In this document: piece after piece, positions 9,347 to 18,222 of the stretch
Layout: each line of letters starts with the position of its first letter
Numbering within the stretch: position 1 is the stretch's first letter
Assembly (NCBI GenBank): GCA_041497975.1
Contig: JBGQHN010000001.1
Span: 3,888-67,887 of the forward strand
Source of the DNA: Planctomycetia bacterium
Lineage (GTDB): Bacteria > Planctomycetota > Planctomycetia > Pirellulales > PALSA-1355
DNA: 64,000 bases
Direction: 5' to 3'
Position numbers and translations under genes: made by a program
The notes under the pieces: model-generated
The model's database searches: none
Told to the model about the DNA's origin: nothing
The model's input: only the letters and a program-made list of their open reading frames with translations

Positions 9347-10273
9347 CTACGACGTGATGCCCTTGGTCAGCGCCATGAAAGCCGTCTCCAGGTTCAACTC
9401 GTCTTCCTTGAACAGCGACAACTTGAACCCGGCCTCGACCAGCAATGTCGCCAGTTGGGTGTAATCGGCAGCCGCGGGCACCAGCGTGACGACCAGTAGA
9501 TTGCCGCGCGAAGCGACTTTCTCCACGCTCGGGTGATCTTCAAGCAGCCGGGCCGCCGCGTCACGATTTTCGACCACGCCGACGTTGAGAATCGTTTGCC
9601 GGCGGACCTGTTTCATCACTTGCTCGACGTCCGCGTTGACCAGCAACTCGCCCCGTTCGATGATGCCGATCTTGTTGCAGATGTCGGCCAGCTCGGGCAG
9701 AATGTGGCTCGAAACCATGATGGTTTTGCCCAGGTTGCGCAGCTCTTTGAGCAGGCCGCGAATTTCGATTCGGGCGCGAGGATCCAGTCCGCTGGCCGGT
9801 TCATCGAGCAAGAGCACCTGCGGATCGTGCAGCAGCACGCGGGCCAGACCCAGGCGCTGCGTCATGCCGCGCGAAAGACTTGTCACCAGGGCCTCGCGCT
9901 TGTAGCCCAGGTCCACCAGGTCGAGCACTTCGCCGCAGACCTGGCGGCGCTTGGCCCCCTTGATGCGATATGCGGCGGCGAAAAACTCGAGATACTCGAT
10001 GACTTTCATGTCGTCGTAGACGCCGAAGAAGTCGGGCATGTAGCCGATGATGCGTCGGATGTCGCGCGCTCGGGTATAGATCGAATATCCGCAGACGTAC
10101 GCCTCGCCCCAGGTGGGATTGAGCAGCGTGGCCAGGATGCGCATGGTGGTTGTTTTGCCGGCGCCGTTGGGCCCGATAAAGCCAAACACGTCCCCTTTTT
10201 TCAGGTCGAGTTCCAAGGCCTTGACGGCAAACAGTTCGCCGTACTTCATCGTCAGGTCGTGTGCTTCAATCAC
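9347..10273 (-). CDS. ABC transporter ATP-binding protein (ABC-2 type)
   Basis: Walker A GPNGAGKTTT, signature LSRGMTQRL, Walker B LLLDEPASGLD and H-loop SSHIL. It is the last gene of a co-directional operon, and no permease gene is adjacent. Confidence 0.9.
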   Translation of the reverse strand: MIEAHDLTMKYGELFAVKALELDLKKGDVFGFIGPNGAGKTTTMRILATLLNPTWGEAYVCGYSIYTRARDIRRIIGYMPDFFGVYDDMKVIEYLEFFAAAYRIKGAKRRQVCGEVLDLVDLGYKREALVTSLSRGMTQRLGLARVLLHDPQVLLLDEPASGLDPRARIEIRGLLKELRNLGKTIMVSSHILPELADICNKIGIIERGELLVNADVEQVMKQVRRQTILNVGVVENRDAAARLLEDHPSVEKVASRGNLLVVTLVPAAADYTQLATLLVEAGFKLSLFKEDELNLETAFMALTKGITS

Positions 10274-10340
10274 CGAAAAGCTCCCTTGGCGTATGCAGCT
10301 GCTCTACGGCGCCGGCGGCGCGGTCTGGAGATTTGCCATT

Positions 10341-12641
10341 TCACGGCGACGACCGATCTTGCACCCCAAACACGTAGCGCTGGAACGTCCACTGAGCGCC
10401 GGCCGCGTCCACCAGCGGCTGTGCGTCGCGCTGGAGGGTCGCCGCCTGCCCGGCGCTGCGTCCGACAAGGACCGCCCGGCCGTTTTGTACCAGCCCGCTA
10501 AGTTCTACGAAACCTTGGTACTTATGGGCCAGACCCGTGTATTTTTCACCGCCGGCCAATGAGTGCGACGTCATGATCTCGACGATCTTGGCAATATCGA
10601 ACGATGCACGATCATAAGGCAAGGCGACGTTGCGGTCTCCCTGAACCGTCACGCGGCGCAAATAAGTCTCGACGCGTTGCGGATCCAGATCGGTTTCAAT
10701 GGCGATGGTTTGGTCGGGTCTCAATTGTCGCAGCGGATAGGCCCAGCGCTCGTAGAAGAGCACGCAATCCTCGAGCGCGTGTTGCGAGCGGTTGTTGAGC
10801 GTGCCGACGAGTCGTCCCGTGTCGCTCAGTTGGGCTTCGATGGCCGGCGTGCCCGACTGCCACCATCGTCCGACAAAGGCCTTACTCGACCAGTCGGCGA
10901 TCGGCACGCGCTGCATGCGCTCGAGGTTGTGGGAAAAGTCATAGGCCTCGGTAAACATCGGCGTGCTGCTGCCGGTCGCATCCATGCCCCCAAAACCGCT
11001 TCCCGGCAATCCCAGCCACGAGAAGACCAGGCCGGCCGCCACGGGAGACTTTTCGGCCGCCACGCGAGGACCGAGCGAGAGATCGTAAAGGTCGACCTTC
11101 GGACTGAAGACGGCCGCCCAACTTGTGCCTCGCACCAGTCTTGTCTCGGCGTCGAAATCGACGAGATCAATTCGATTGACCCGCACCTCCCGGCCCTTGA
11201 GCCCATAGGTCAGCGCATACGCCCCCGCGCTGAATGCCACCACGGTGACGGCGAACGTGAGCCAGGTTAATTCCATTCGGCCGAGCACGCGCTTGATGAT
11301 GAAATAGTCGAGTGGGCCGATGCAAACGATATAGGCCACAGCCAGCAGCGCCACCAGCCAGAATGGCACAAGCTCGACGCCCGCAAACTGGTCCAATGCG
11401 CCGCGCAACTGGCCGGAGAGATCGTCGAAGCCCAACGTCGTCACTTGCCCCAGTCCCTGTGACTCATCTTGCGAAACCCGCGGAGCCGACCTGCCCAACA
11501 GCTTGTCGAAAAGCTGCGCCCGCCCGCGCCAGCCTGCCAGCGGTGGCCCTTGGAGATCGAAGGCAACGAACACTACTTCGCCAAATCCGTGCGGCGCGCG
11601 AACGATCAGCGGCAGATCGCGGGCATGGCTGCCGGCATAGGCCTCTATTTTCCCCCGCACGTTTCGCAGCTTTGGCACCTGCAAGGCGAACGCGCCGCCC
11701 TGGGTAGTAAGCGGTTCGGACGTTTCGGCGTAGGTCTCAAATGCCGTGCTTTGCCGCAGTGGCACGAGCGCCTCGAACTCTCCGGGCGCGAGCCTCGCCA
11801 GCGGAGACTCCCCGGTCAATACCTTATCCGCCTGCGGGCCGACGCTCAGAATCAACTGGCCCCCCATCGTCACCCACCGGTCCAACGCGGCGAGTTGCGC
11901 AGCGTGGGAAGCGAGTTGCGCATTGGTTTGATCGGGCACGGTCGCGAGGATAACGGTATCGACCCCCTCGTAGCCCAACCAATTGGTTGGCAACTGGCCA
12001 AGATCGTTCACGTTGGCCACTTTGGCTCCGCGCTCGTCCAGGGACGTTTCGTCCTCAGCCGATAGCGGTGAGCCGAACGCCACAATCAAAGTCCAGTCCG
12101 ATGGAAGGATACCGCCCAGTTGTGGATTGTCCACCGTGCTAAACGTACGGCTGGCCAGCAAGCGGTCTTGGCTGCGGAAACCGACGGTCAGGTCGCTATG
12201 TAGCCGCCCGACCTTGGCGTACAAAAGCACCGCCGTCTTCTCGCCCGGACGAATCGTTATGTCTTGGCCGCTTGGGTCACACACCCGGGATGGCACGGCA
12301 TCGCCGTCGAGCGCGGTCAATTCAACGGAGCCGCTGACCTCCTCGTTGCCGCCTTGAAGCGTGATTTCAAAGGGGGTCCAATAACCCACTTTGAACCGAC
12401 CCGCGAAACCCGGCCGAATTCCCGTGACCGTTGGCGATTCGGGTCGGATTGCGAGCCGGGTTGGCTCGGGGGGTGTCGGTTCGTATTCGGTGGCGAGTAG
12501 CGCCGTCGGCCAACATGGGCTCGCCCAACAAAGGGTCATGCCCAGCACCGCCGGCCACAAACGAAGTCGCGCGACCATCCCACGTCGACGACGTCTGGCT
12601 GGGGCCTGGCTGTGCAGGTCGCGTCCGACTCGGCCGGTCAT
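10341..12641 (-). CDS. Large hypothetical membrane protein (766 aa)
   Basis: ATG 12641 forms an ATGA overlap with the MazG-like stop. It has a signal/TM segment (LRLWPAVLGMTLCWASPCWPTALLA) and a large extracytoplasmic part with a Rossmann-like segment VDTVILATVP...WVTMGGQLILSVG. Two central TM helices follow (FWLVALLAVAYIVCIG, WLTFAVTVVAFSAGAYALTYGL), then a further ~300-aa domain. No family recognised. Confidence 0.7.
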   Translation of the reverse strand: MTGRVGRDLHSQAPARRRRRGMVARLRLWPAVLGMTLCWASPCWPTALLATEYEPTPPEPTRLAIRPESPTVTGIRPGFAGRFKVGYWTPFEITLQGGNEEVSGSVELTALDGDAVPSRVCDPSGQDITIRPGEKTAVLLYAKVGRLHSDLTVGFRSQDRLLASRTFSTVDNPQLGGILPSDWTLIVAFGSPLSAEDETSLDERGAKVANVNDLGQLPTNWLGYEGVDTVILATVPDQTNAQLASHAAQLAALDRWVTMGGQLILSVGPQADKVLTGESPLARLAPGEFEALVPLRQSTAFETYAETSEPLTTQGGAFALQVPKLRNVRGKIEAYAGSHARDLPLIVRAPHGFGEVVFVAFDLQGPPLAGWRGRAQLFDKLLGRSAPRVSQDESQGLGQVTTLGFDDLSGQLRGALDQFAGVELVPFWLVALLAVAYIVCIGPLDYFIIKRVLGRMELTWLTFAVTVVAFSAGAYALTYGLKGREVRVNRIDLVDFDAETRLVRGTSWAAVFSPKVDLYDLSLGPRVAAEKSPVAAGLVFSWLGLPGSGFGGMDATGSSTPMFTEAYDFSHNLERMQRVPIADWSSKAFVGRWWQSGTPAIEAQLSDTGRLVGTLNNRSQHALEDCVLFYERWAYPLRQLRPDQTIAIETDLDPQRVETYLRRVTVQGDRNVALPYDRASFDIAKIVEIMTSHSLAGGEKYTGLAHKYQGFVELSGLVQNGRAVLVGRSAGQAATLQRDAQPLVDAAGAQWTFQRYVFGVQDRSSP

Positions 12642-12991
12642 GGCTTCTCCGCGTCGGCACAAGTACAAACGAACTGGCCGCAACCGGGGCAACCCGACCC
12701 ATACTTGCGCATCACGGCGTCGCTCAGATCGACTTCGGCCACATTGGCGATCGTCGCCAGCCAGGCCAGCACATCGGCAAACTCGGCCGCGCGTTCCTGA
12801 TGCGTGCCACTGCGCAGCGCGCTGGCCAATTCGCCGATTTCTTCCATCAGCCACATGAACGTGCCGTCGATGCCCCGCGCGACGTCTTTCTCGAAATACA
12901 TATCGCGGATCAGCCGTTGAAAATCGGCCAGATTTACCGCGGGACGCGCTTGCTCGGGCGACGGCCGGGAACCTTCTGTCTGGTGATTCAC
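12638..12991 (-). CDS. MazG-like nucleotide pyrophosphohydrolase domain protein
   Basis: 117 aa from a GTG start (GTGA overlap with the upstream stop). WLMEEIGELASAL and AAEFADVLAWLATIAN are the paired acidic helices of all-alpha MazG-type NTP pyrophosphatases. The C-terminal tail GCPGCGQFVCTC is Cys-rich. Confidence 0.8.
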   Translation of the reverse strand: MNHQTEGSRPSPEQARPAVNLADFQRLIRDMYFEKDVARGIDGTFMWLMEEIGELASALRSGTHQERAAEFADVLAWLATIANVAEVDLSDAVMRKYGSGCPGCGQFVCTCADAEKP

Positions 12992-15882
12992 TCGAGTGTC
13001 TCCAAGAGTTCTTGGGCTCCCTGGTGTTTCGGATCCAGCTTGAGAAGCTCTTCGAGTACCGGCTTGGCCCGGTCCGGCCGTTTGGCCTGGATGTGCATCT
13101 TGGCGAGAGCCAGTCGCAATGCCAGGTCGTCGGGGTCGAGCTCGACGGCCGCCGCGTATTCATCGGCCGCTGCCGCGGCGTTGCCCAGCGCCGCGAGCGC
13201 CTCGGCCCGCCACTGGTGCAATTGGGGATCCATCACCTGGATGCGCAGTCCCTCCAACGACCACTGTCCCGCGGCCGCCCAATCGCCTCGGGCCACGGCA
13301 AGTTGAGCCAGTTTCTTGCGGGCCGACAGATCATCGGCATCGGCCGCCGCCAAGCGGGCCAACACGTCGGCCAGCTCGCTGTTCTGTCCGGATTTCAAAT
13401 AGACGGCGGCCAGCGATTTGAGCCACTTCACACCGTTGGGATCGCGCTTGGCGCCGAGCTGATACAATTCGGCGGCCGCCGAGTAATCTTCGGCCTTCAA
13501 CTTCAGCCCGGCCAACAGCGCGAGCAGATTCTCCTGTGGGTTTTCGCGATCCAGGGCGCCTTCCAGACGCGCCAGGGCCGCCTTGTTCTCGGCCACCAGC
13601 AAATGCAACCGAGCCCGGACGTAATTGGCCAGAGCGTTGCGTGGCTCGACCTTCATCGCCGCGTCGGCCCAGCGCCGCGCGTCGGCATAATTCTTGCGCC
13701 CCAACTGGGCTTGGGCCATGCGGGCCATCAAGTCCGCGTCCTGGGGGTTCTTGGACAATCGTTTCTGTACTTCGCTCAAAGTCATTGCCGGCGCCTGGGC
13801 CGCGGTCGGCAAGTGAGCAATGACTTTCTTGACGGACTGGCGATAACCGTCTTCGAAATCGCGCGGAGTGACGTTGAACGAACGCGCCAGGGCTTCCGGC
13901 GTGCCCAAATTGTCCGCGTACGCGGCCAGCATCTTGGCAATCGCATCGTCGCCGAACCGCTCGAGCATGTACTGGGCGTACAGTTCGGCCTGGCAGTACG
14001 CCAGGGTCCATTGGTCGCTCGATTGCGGGCGAATGAAGCCGAGATTGATCGACTCGAGGTCGAACAGCTTGTTGGCCGCGAAGTGTTCGAGAAGCACGTC
14101 GTTCCACGCCTGGGGCCGCGGGTATCCCTCGTTCAAGACGGCCACCGCTTCGGTGAACCAATGCGGTATGTTGAAATCGGTCTGCTGCAAATTGATGACG
14201 TGCACGAATTCGTGCTTGAGCACGCGCGCCCAGTTAAATCGCTGTTCGCCTTCGCTGGGCGACTGCAGCGCCACGATCTTGCCGGCACAAGCGCCGATCG
14301 GATGTATGTGTGGCAGCCCGACCATCCGCGCGCTGAACCAGCCGTGGCCGTCGGTGTTCTTGGCCTGGCTGAACACTTCGAAGAGCGATTTGTCGGGCGG
14401 CGCGTAGCCCATCTGCCGCACCAGGTGCGGATAGACCTCTTCCAGCCAATCGCCCATGTAGCGCGCCAGCAGCCGGTCTTTGGCCGGATCGAACTTGATG
14501 CGGAAGTGCTCGGTCTCCTGCGTTTCGTACGTGGCCAGCACTTCCAACACCTTGAGGGTGTTGTTCACGCGGACGTTGAAGGGATCGATCTTGAACGCCT
14601 CGTCGAGCACCGCTTTGGCCTGCTCTTCTTCGCCCAATCGCATGAGCATCATGCCCAACTGGCCGCCGGGGCCGATCAGTTGCGGCATCCGCGTCATCGC
14701 CTCGCGGTAGTAGTGTGCCGCCGCCGGCCAACGGCGCAGACGGTCGAGCGCGTCGGCGAGGGTCTCGAAAAAGACGCCCGGGTGAGGATTGCGCCCGGTA
14801 ACTTCGGCCACCAACTTGCCGAAGCGCTTGTCGTCCATCGTACGGGCAAGCCCATCGACCGCGGCATATCCGGCCGCCATTCGCCCCAAAGTCTCCTCCG
14901 AGTGCGGGTGCAATTTCAATGCTTCCGTCAAGACGCCGATGCATTGGCGCGGCTCGAAATTCGCCAGGTGAATGTCGGCTTTCAAGTGCCATGCATCGAG
15001 CAATTGCGGATTGATCTCCATTGCGCGATCGCAGGAAGCTTGGGCGGCGGCCAACTCGAACTCTTCCAGCGACAGTTGGCCCAAGGCCACGTGCACTTCG
15101 GCCGCGTTATGGTTCAGCTCGAGCGCGGCCTTCAACTCCTTGCCCGCGTCGGCCATGTTGTACTTTTCGGCAAACAGCCGTCCAGCTTCGTAGTGTGCTT
15201 GCCAACAAGTCGGATCGGTCGACACGAGATCCGGATAGAATTCGTTCACCAGAAAGCCGAACTGATCGCTCAACCGATTCCAGCGGGCGAATTGGGCCGC
15301 CCCCAAGCCCACCCAGCGCAAGTTGCGTGGATCTTTGACTCGGCCGGCATTGAACAACTTGACCAGCCGCTCGTAGCCGGCGTTGGCCTGTGCCAGGCAA
15401 CCCGCGGCGCAATCGAGTTCGGCACGCACCCACAAGGCCAGGGTCTGGTCATTGTCCAGCTTCAGCGCGGCGGCTGCTGACTCGTCGGCCGCCTCGTAGT
15501 CCCCGCGGCCCAACGCCAGGCGGGCCAACTCAGCCTGCAGCGTCGCGGCCTCTGGGTGCTTTTTGGCCGCTTCAGCAAGGGTTTGCACGGCCTGTTCGCG
15601 CTGGCCGACCGCTTCCTGGCAGGCGGCCACGCCCCTGGCCGCCTCCACTGCGTTCTGGGCCCTCAGGGCACGATACGCGTCTTGGGCTTCGGCGTACTTT
15701 CCCTCCTGCGATAGCCGGTGCGCCGCGGCCAGCGGGCCTTCAGCCGCGGGCTCGTCGGCGGCCAGACCGACACGGCAAAAGGCCAGCGCCAGCCATGCCC
15801 CTCCCCAGGCCGCGATCCGGAAGGAAGACTTCAACGGGAGGCTCACGATAGCTCCATGCAGGGTCGCAACCGACAGTCGCAT
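12988..15882 (-). CDS. Exported TPR-repeat protein with embedded HExxH (peptidase MA-like) domain
   Basis: 964 aa from an ATG start with a signal-like N-terminus. TPR-like A/L/Y-rich repeats lie on both sides of a central block RVLKHEFVHVINLQQTDFNIPHWFTEAVAV (HExxH plus a downstream Glu, gluzincin-like). Confidence 0.8.
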   Translation of the reverse strand: MRLSVATLHGAIVSLPLKSSFRIAAWGGAWLALAFCRVGLAADEPAAEGPLAAAHRLSQEGKYAEAQDAYRALRAQNAVEAARGVAACQEAVGQREQAVQTLAEAAKKHPEAATLQAELARLALGRGDYEAADESAAAALKLDNDQTLALWVRAELDCAAGCLAQANAGYERLVKLFNAGRVKDPRNLRWVGLGAAQFARWNRLSDQFGFLVNEFYPDLVSTDPTCWQAHYEAGRLFAEKYNMADAGKELKAALELNHNAAEVHVALGQLSLEEFELAAAQASCDRAMEINPQLLDAWHLKADIHLANFEPRQCIGVLTEALKLHPHSEETLGRMAAGYAAVDGLARTMDDKRFGKLVAEVTGRNPHPGVFFETLADALDRLRRWPAAAHYYREAMTRMPQLIGPGGQLGMMLMRLGEEEQAKAVLDEAFKIDPFNVRVNNTLKVLEVLATYETQETEHFRIKFDPAKDRLLARYMGDWLEEVYPHLVRQMGYAPPDKSLFEVFSQAKNTDGHGWFSARMVGLPHIHPIGACAGKIVALQSPSEGEQRFNWARVLKHEFVHVINLQQTDFNIPHWFTEAVAVLNEGYPRPQAWNDVLLEHFAANKLFDLESINLGFIRPQSSDQWTLAYCQAELYAQYMLERFGDDAIAKMLAAYADNLGTPEALARSFNVTPRDFEDGYRQSVKKVIAHLPTAAQAPAMTLSEVQKRLSKNPQDADLMARMAQAQLGRKNYADARRWADAAMKVEPRNALANYVRARLHLLVAENKAALARLEGALDRENPQENLLALLAGLKLKAEDYSAAAELYQLGAKRDPNGVKWLKSLAAVYLKSGQNSELADVLARLAAADADDLSARKKLAQLAVARGDWAAAGQWSLEGLRIQVMDPQLHQWRAEALAALGNAAAAADEYAAAVELDPDDLALRLALAKMHIQAKRPDRAKPVLEELLKLDPKHQGAQELLETLE

Positions 15883-15994
15883 CCACAGTCACCCACTAGG
15901 TTTACCGTAACGCAACCGGCGTAAGCGTACAAGCCTCAAGTTCAGCACGTTGCGTGTTGCGTTTGTGGCGCCATGCGATGCAAGCTCGTCAACC

Positions 15995-16831
15995 TCACTC
16001 CAACAGCCAATCGACGACTTGCACCAGGCCGTCTTCGTCGTGGCTGGGAGCGATCCGATCGGCGGCCAGCTTGACTTCAGGCAGCGCGTTGTCCATCGCG
16101 ATGCCCAGACCGGCCGCCGCGATCATGGGAATATCGTTGACGTCGTCGCCCGCGGCGCAGATTTCCGCAGGCTCAATGCCCCATTCCGCGGCCAGCCGGG
16201 TCACTCCCGTCCATTTGCTGACGCCAAAGGGCGCGATTTCGCAGATGTAGCCGGTATATCGTGGACTGCGAAGCACGTGCACGTATAAATGTTCCGGTAG
16301 TTTTTCCTCGAGTTGTTGCGCGAGGCGCAACATTTCATCGCGAGGGCCCATGGCGAACCCGGCAAAAATGCCCGAGGGTGGCTCGCTCATCAGCGCCGGA
16401 AAAACGCGCTCGAAGCCCGCGTTTTTTTGAAAGAATTCAATCATCTCGGGCCGACCCGTCTCGCACGTCGCACAATAGTAGTCAAACCCAAGGTCGAACG
16501 TGTCGGCATAGAGGACGGCCTCGTAGCCGGTCTTGGATACGGTTTCCAGACACGATTCGAGCGCTCCCGGGTTGAACGACGCGCGAAACAGAGTGCAATG
16601 ATCGGAAGCCCGCTTGATCAAAGCGCCACTGGCGGTCACCAGCGGCACGTTGAGCTGGAGCGGTTCGACGAGCGGCAGCACGCGGCTGTAGCGGCGCCCG
16701 GTGGCCAGCACGATTTCGATGCCGGCCCGCTTGGCGCGCAAAATGGCGTCCCGCGTCGCGTTGGTCAACTCGTTGCGGCTGTTGACCAGCGTGCCATCAA
16801 TATCGATTGCCAATAAGCGATAACGCGCCAT
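15995..16831 (-). CDS. Cof-type HAD-IIB family hydrolase
   Basis: From ATG 16831 the protein reads MARYRLLAIDIDGTLVNS (motif I), then LATGR and a C-terminal GDDVNDIPM (motif IV). The 152 upstream codons of the track ORF are unsupported. Confidence 0.85.
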   Translation of the reverse strand: MARYRLLAIDIDGTLVNSRNELTNATRDAILRAKRAGIEIVLATGRRYSRVLPLVEPLQLNVPLVTASGALIKRASDHCTLFRASFNPGALESCLETVSKTGYEAVLYADTFDLGFDYYCATCETGRPEMIEFFQKNAGFERVFPALMSEPPSGIFAGFAMGPRDEMLRLAQQLEEKLPEHLYVHVLRSPRYTGYICEIAPFGVSKWTGVTRLAAEWGIEPAEICAAGDDVNDIPMIAAAGLGIAMDNALPEVKLAADRIAPSHDEDGLVQVVDWLLE

Positions 16832-17086
16832 GGAAAAACCGTTGGTAAGCAAGCGCTCGCGGACCGGGCGCCCAGGCCCTTTGAGGGCTCGCGTTCGCCT
16901 TCCGCCGCAAGTATCGCAAAAACTTGCACCGCCGAACACCCGCCGAAGCCCTGCAGCTCGACGAGCGGCACGGCGTTTTCCGACCTCAATCGCCGCGCGA
17001 TCAAGTCGATGCTCTGTTCCCCAGTGCGGAAGGCATCTAAGATATTGAGTCTGCCAAGGAAAACGCACTTCGGGTTGCTTTCGCTC

Positions 17087-17398
17087 ATGGCTGAATGGGT
17101 AACGGTTGCAAAAGTTGGCGCCATTGGCGAGGGCAGCGGCGCGGCATTCCCCGTGGGCGACAAACTGGTAGCTGTCTTTAACCTGGGCGGCGGGGTGTAT
17201 CGAGCGATCAACGATCTCTGCCCGCACATGGGCGCGTCGTTGGCCGACGGCTATGTGGAGGACGGCGTGGTGACGTGCCCCTGGCATGCCTGGCGATTCC
17301 GCGTGTGCGACGGCACCTGGTGCGACAACCCGCGCATCAAGACCGATACGTTCGAAGTGCGCGTCGTGGGGGACGAGATCCAGGTGCTTTCGCAGTGA
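17087..17398 (+). CDS. Small Rieske [2Fe-2S] domain protein (NirD-like)
   Basis: 103 aa from ATG 17087 with the Rieske ligands CPHMGASL...CPWHAWRF. Confidence 0.85.
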   Translation: MAEWVTVAKVGAIGEGSGAAFPVGDKLVAVFNLGGGVYRAINDLCPHMGASLADGYVEDGVVTCPWHAWRFRVCDGTWCDNPRIKTDTFEVRVVGDEIQVLSQ

Positions 17399-17413
17399 CG
17401 CCGTTGACGGTGA

Positions 17414-17525
17414 AGCCCGCTGCCTGTCGAAATTGGGACAGGCACCTCGCGGATGCGTTTTTCACGCTTTTTCGGGAGATGTGGCTCGGAGCCAGTCCCC
17501 TTTTTCAACGGCCTGGTAAGTGGCT
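17414..17525. repeat. Hairpin-forming intergenic repeat, copy 1 (REP/MITE-like)
   Basis: Aligns by eye with 41593-41710. Uninterrupted shared blocks are tgggacaggcacct (14 nt), gtttttcacgctttttcgg (19), tggctcggagccagtccc (18) and tttttcaacggcc (13). The left arm gcctgtcgaaattgggacaggcacc is an imperfect inverted repeat of the right arm ggagccagtcccctttttcaacggc. The element ends at the TGA stop of the minus-strand MBL gene. Confidence 0.8.
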
Positions 17526-18208
17526 CAAAGCGTGATCGTGCCGCCGGGGGCGACCACGATCGGCTCGGCCTTGGTTTCGGCCTTGATCCTGGCGGCCCAG
17601 GCAGACGTATCCTGCGCGATTGGCGGCCAGGTGTTGTAGTGCGACGGCACGACGCGTTTGGGCTCGAGGAGTTTGACGGCCTGCACCGAGTCGTTTGGCC
17701 CCATGGTAAAACGATCGCCGATCGGCACGACGGCCAGCTCGAGTCCGACAGCGCCGATCAACTTCATGTCGTAGAACAGGCCGGTATCGCAAGCGAAATA
17801 AACGTTGCCATCGGCCAACGCGAGCAGGAACCCGCCCGGATTTCCGCCGCCGCTGCCGTCGGGCAACACCGAACTATGATGCGCGATGGTCATCTGGACG
17901 CGTCCGAACGGCAGATCGATGCCGCCGCCGATGTTCATGGGCTGCGTGTTCTTGACCCCCTGCTTGCCGAGCCACTCGCAGATCTCGTAGTTAGCGACGA
18001 CGGTCGCGCCGGTGCGGTTTGCGATCGAGGCAGCGTCGGCCACGTGATCAAAGTGGCCGTGCGAAACGAGCACGAAATCAGGCTTCACCGCGTGGGCTTT
18101 CACCGGAGCCGTGGGAGAATCGTTCAAGAAAGGATCGATGAGGATCGTTTTGTCACCGGCCTTCACCAGCCAACAGCCGTGTCCTAACCAGCGCAATGTT
18201 GTCGCCAT
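17525..18208 (-). CDS. Metal-dependent hydrolase, MBL fold (UPF0173-like)
   Basis: 227 aa. LRWLGHGCWLV...ILIDPF and the LVSHGHFDHV metal-binding motif. Confidence 0.85.
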   Translation of the reverse strand: MATTLRWLGHGCWLVKAGDKTILIDPFLNDSPTAPVKAHAVKPDFVLVSHGHFDHVADAASIANRTGATVVANYEICEWLGKQGVKNTQPMNIGGGIDLPFGRVQMTIAHHSSVLPDGSGGGNPGGFLLALADGNVYFACDTGLFYDMKLIGAVGLELAVVPIGDRFTMGPNDSVQAVKLLEPKRVVPSHYNTWPPIAQDTSAWAARIKAETKAEPIVVAPGGTITL

Positions 18209-18222
18209 AACGATGGCCCTTT

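Noticed and set aside
12642-13163. 174-codon N-terminal extension of the 766-aa membrane protein ORF
   Set aside because: It overlaps the MazG-like gene and the end of the TPR gene in another frame. The ATG at 12641 gives a classic ATGA stop/start overlap and a signal-like N-terminus.
13012-15480. 822-aa ORF on the plus strand
   Set aside because: It lies entirely antisense to the well-supported TPR/HExxH gene. The translation is Arg/Gly/Gln-rich with no recognisable motif. Stop-poor antisense frames are expected in GC-rich coding DNA.
15949-15962. Tandem heptamer gttgcgt-gttgcgt in the spacer upstream of the TPR operon
   Set aside because: There are only two units and no further copies nearby. 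It is too short to distinguish from chance.
16832-17287. N-terminal extension of the HAD hydrolase ORF. Similar extensions occur at 8027-8305, 19648-19809, 19668-19862, 42158-42436 and 49210-49386.
   Set aside because: In each case an internal ATG starts exactly at the conserved family N-terminus or signal peptide. The extension overlaps a neighbouring gene or spacer and has an atypical composition.
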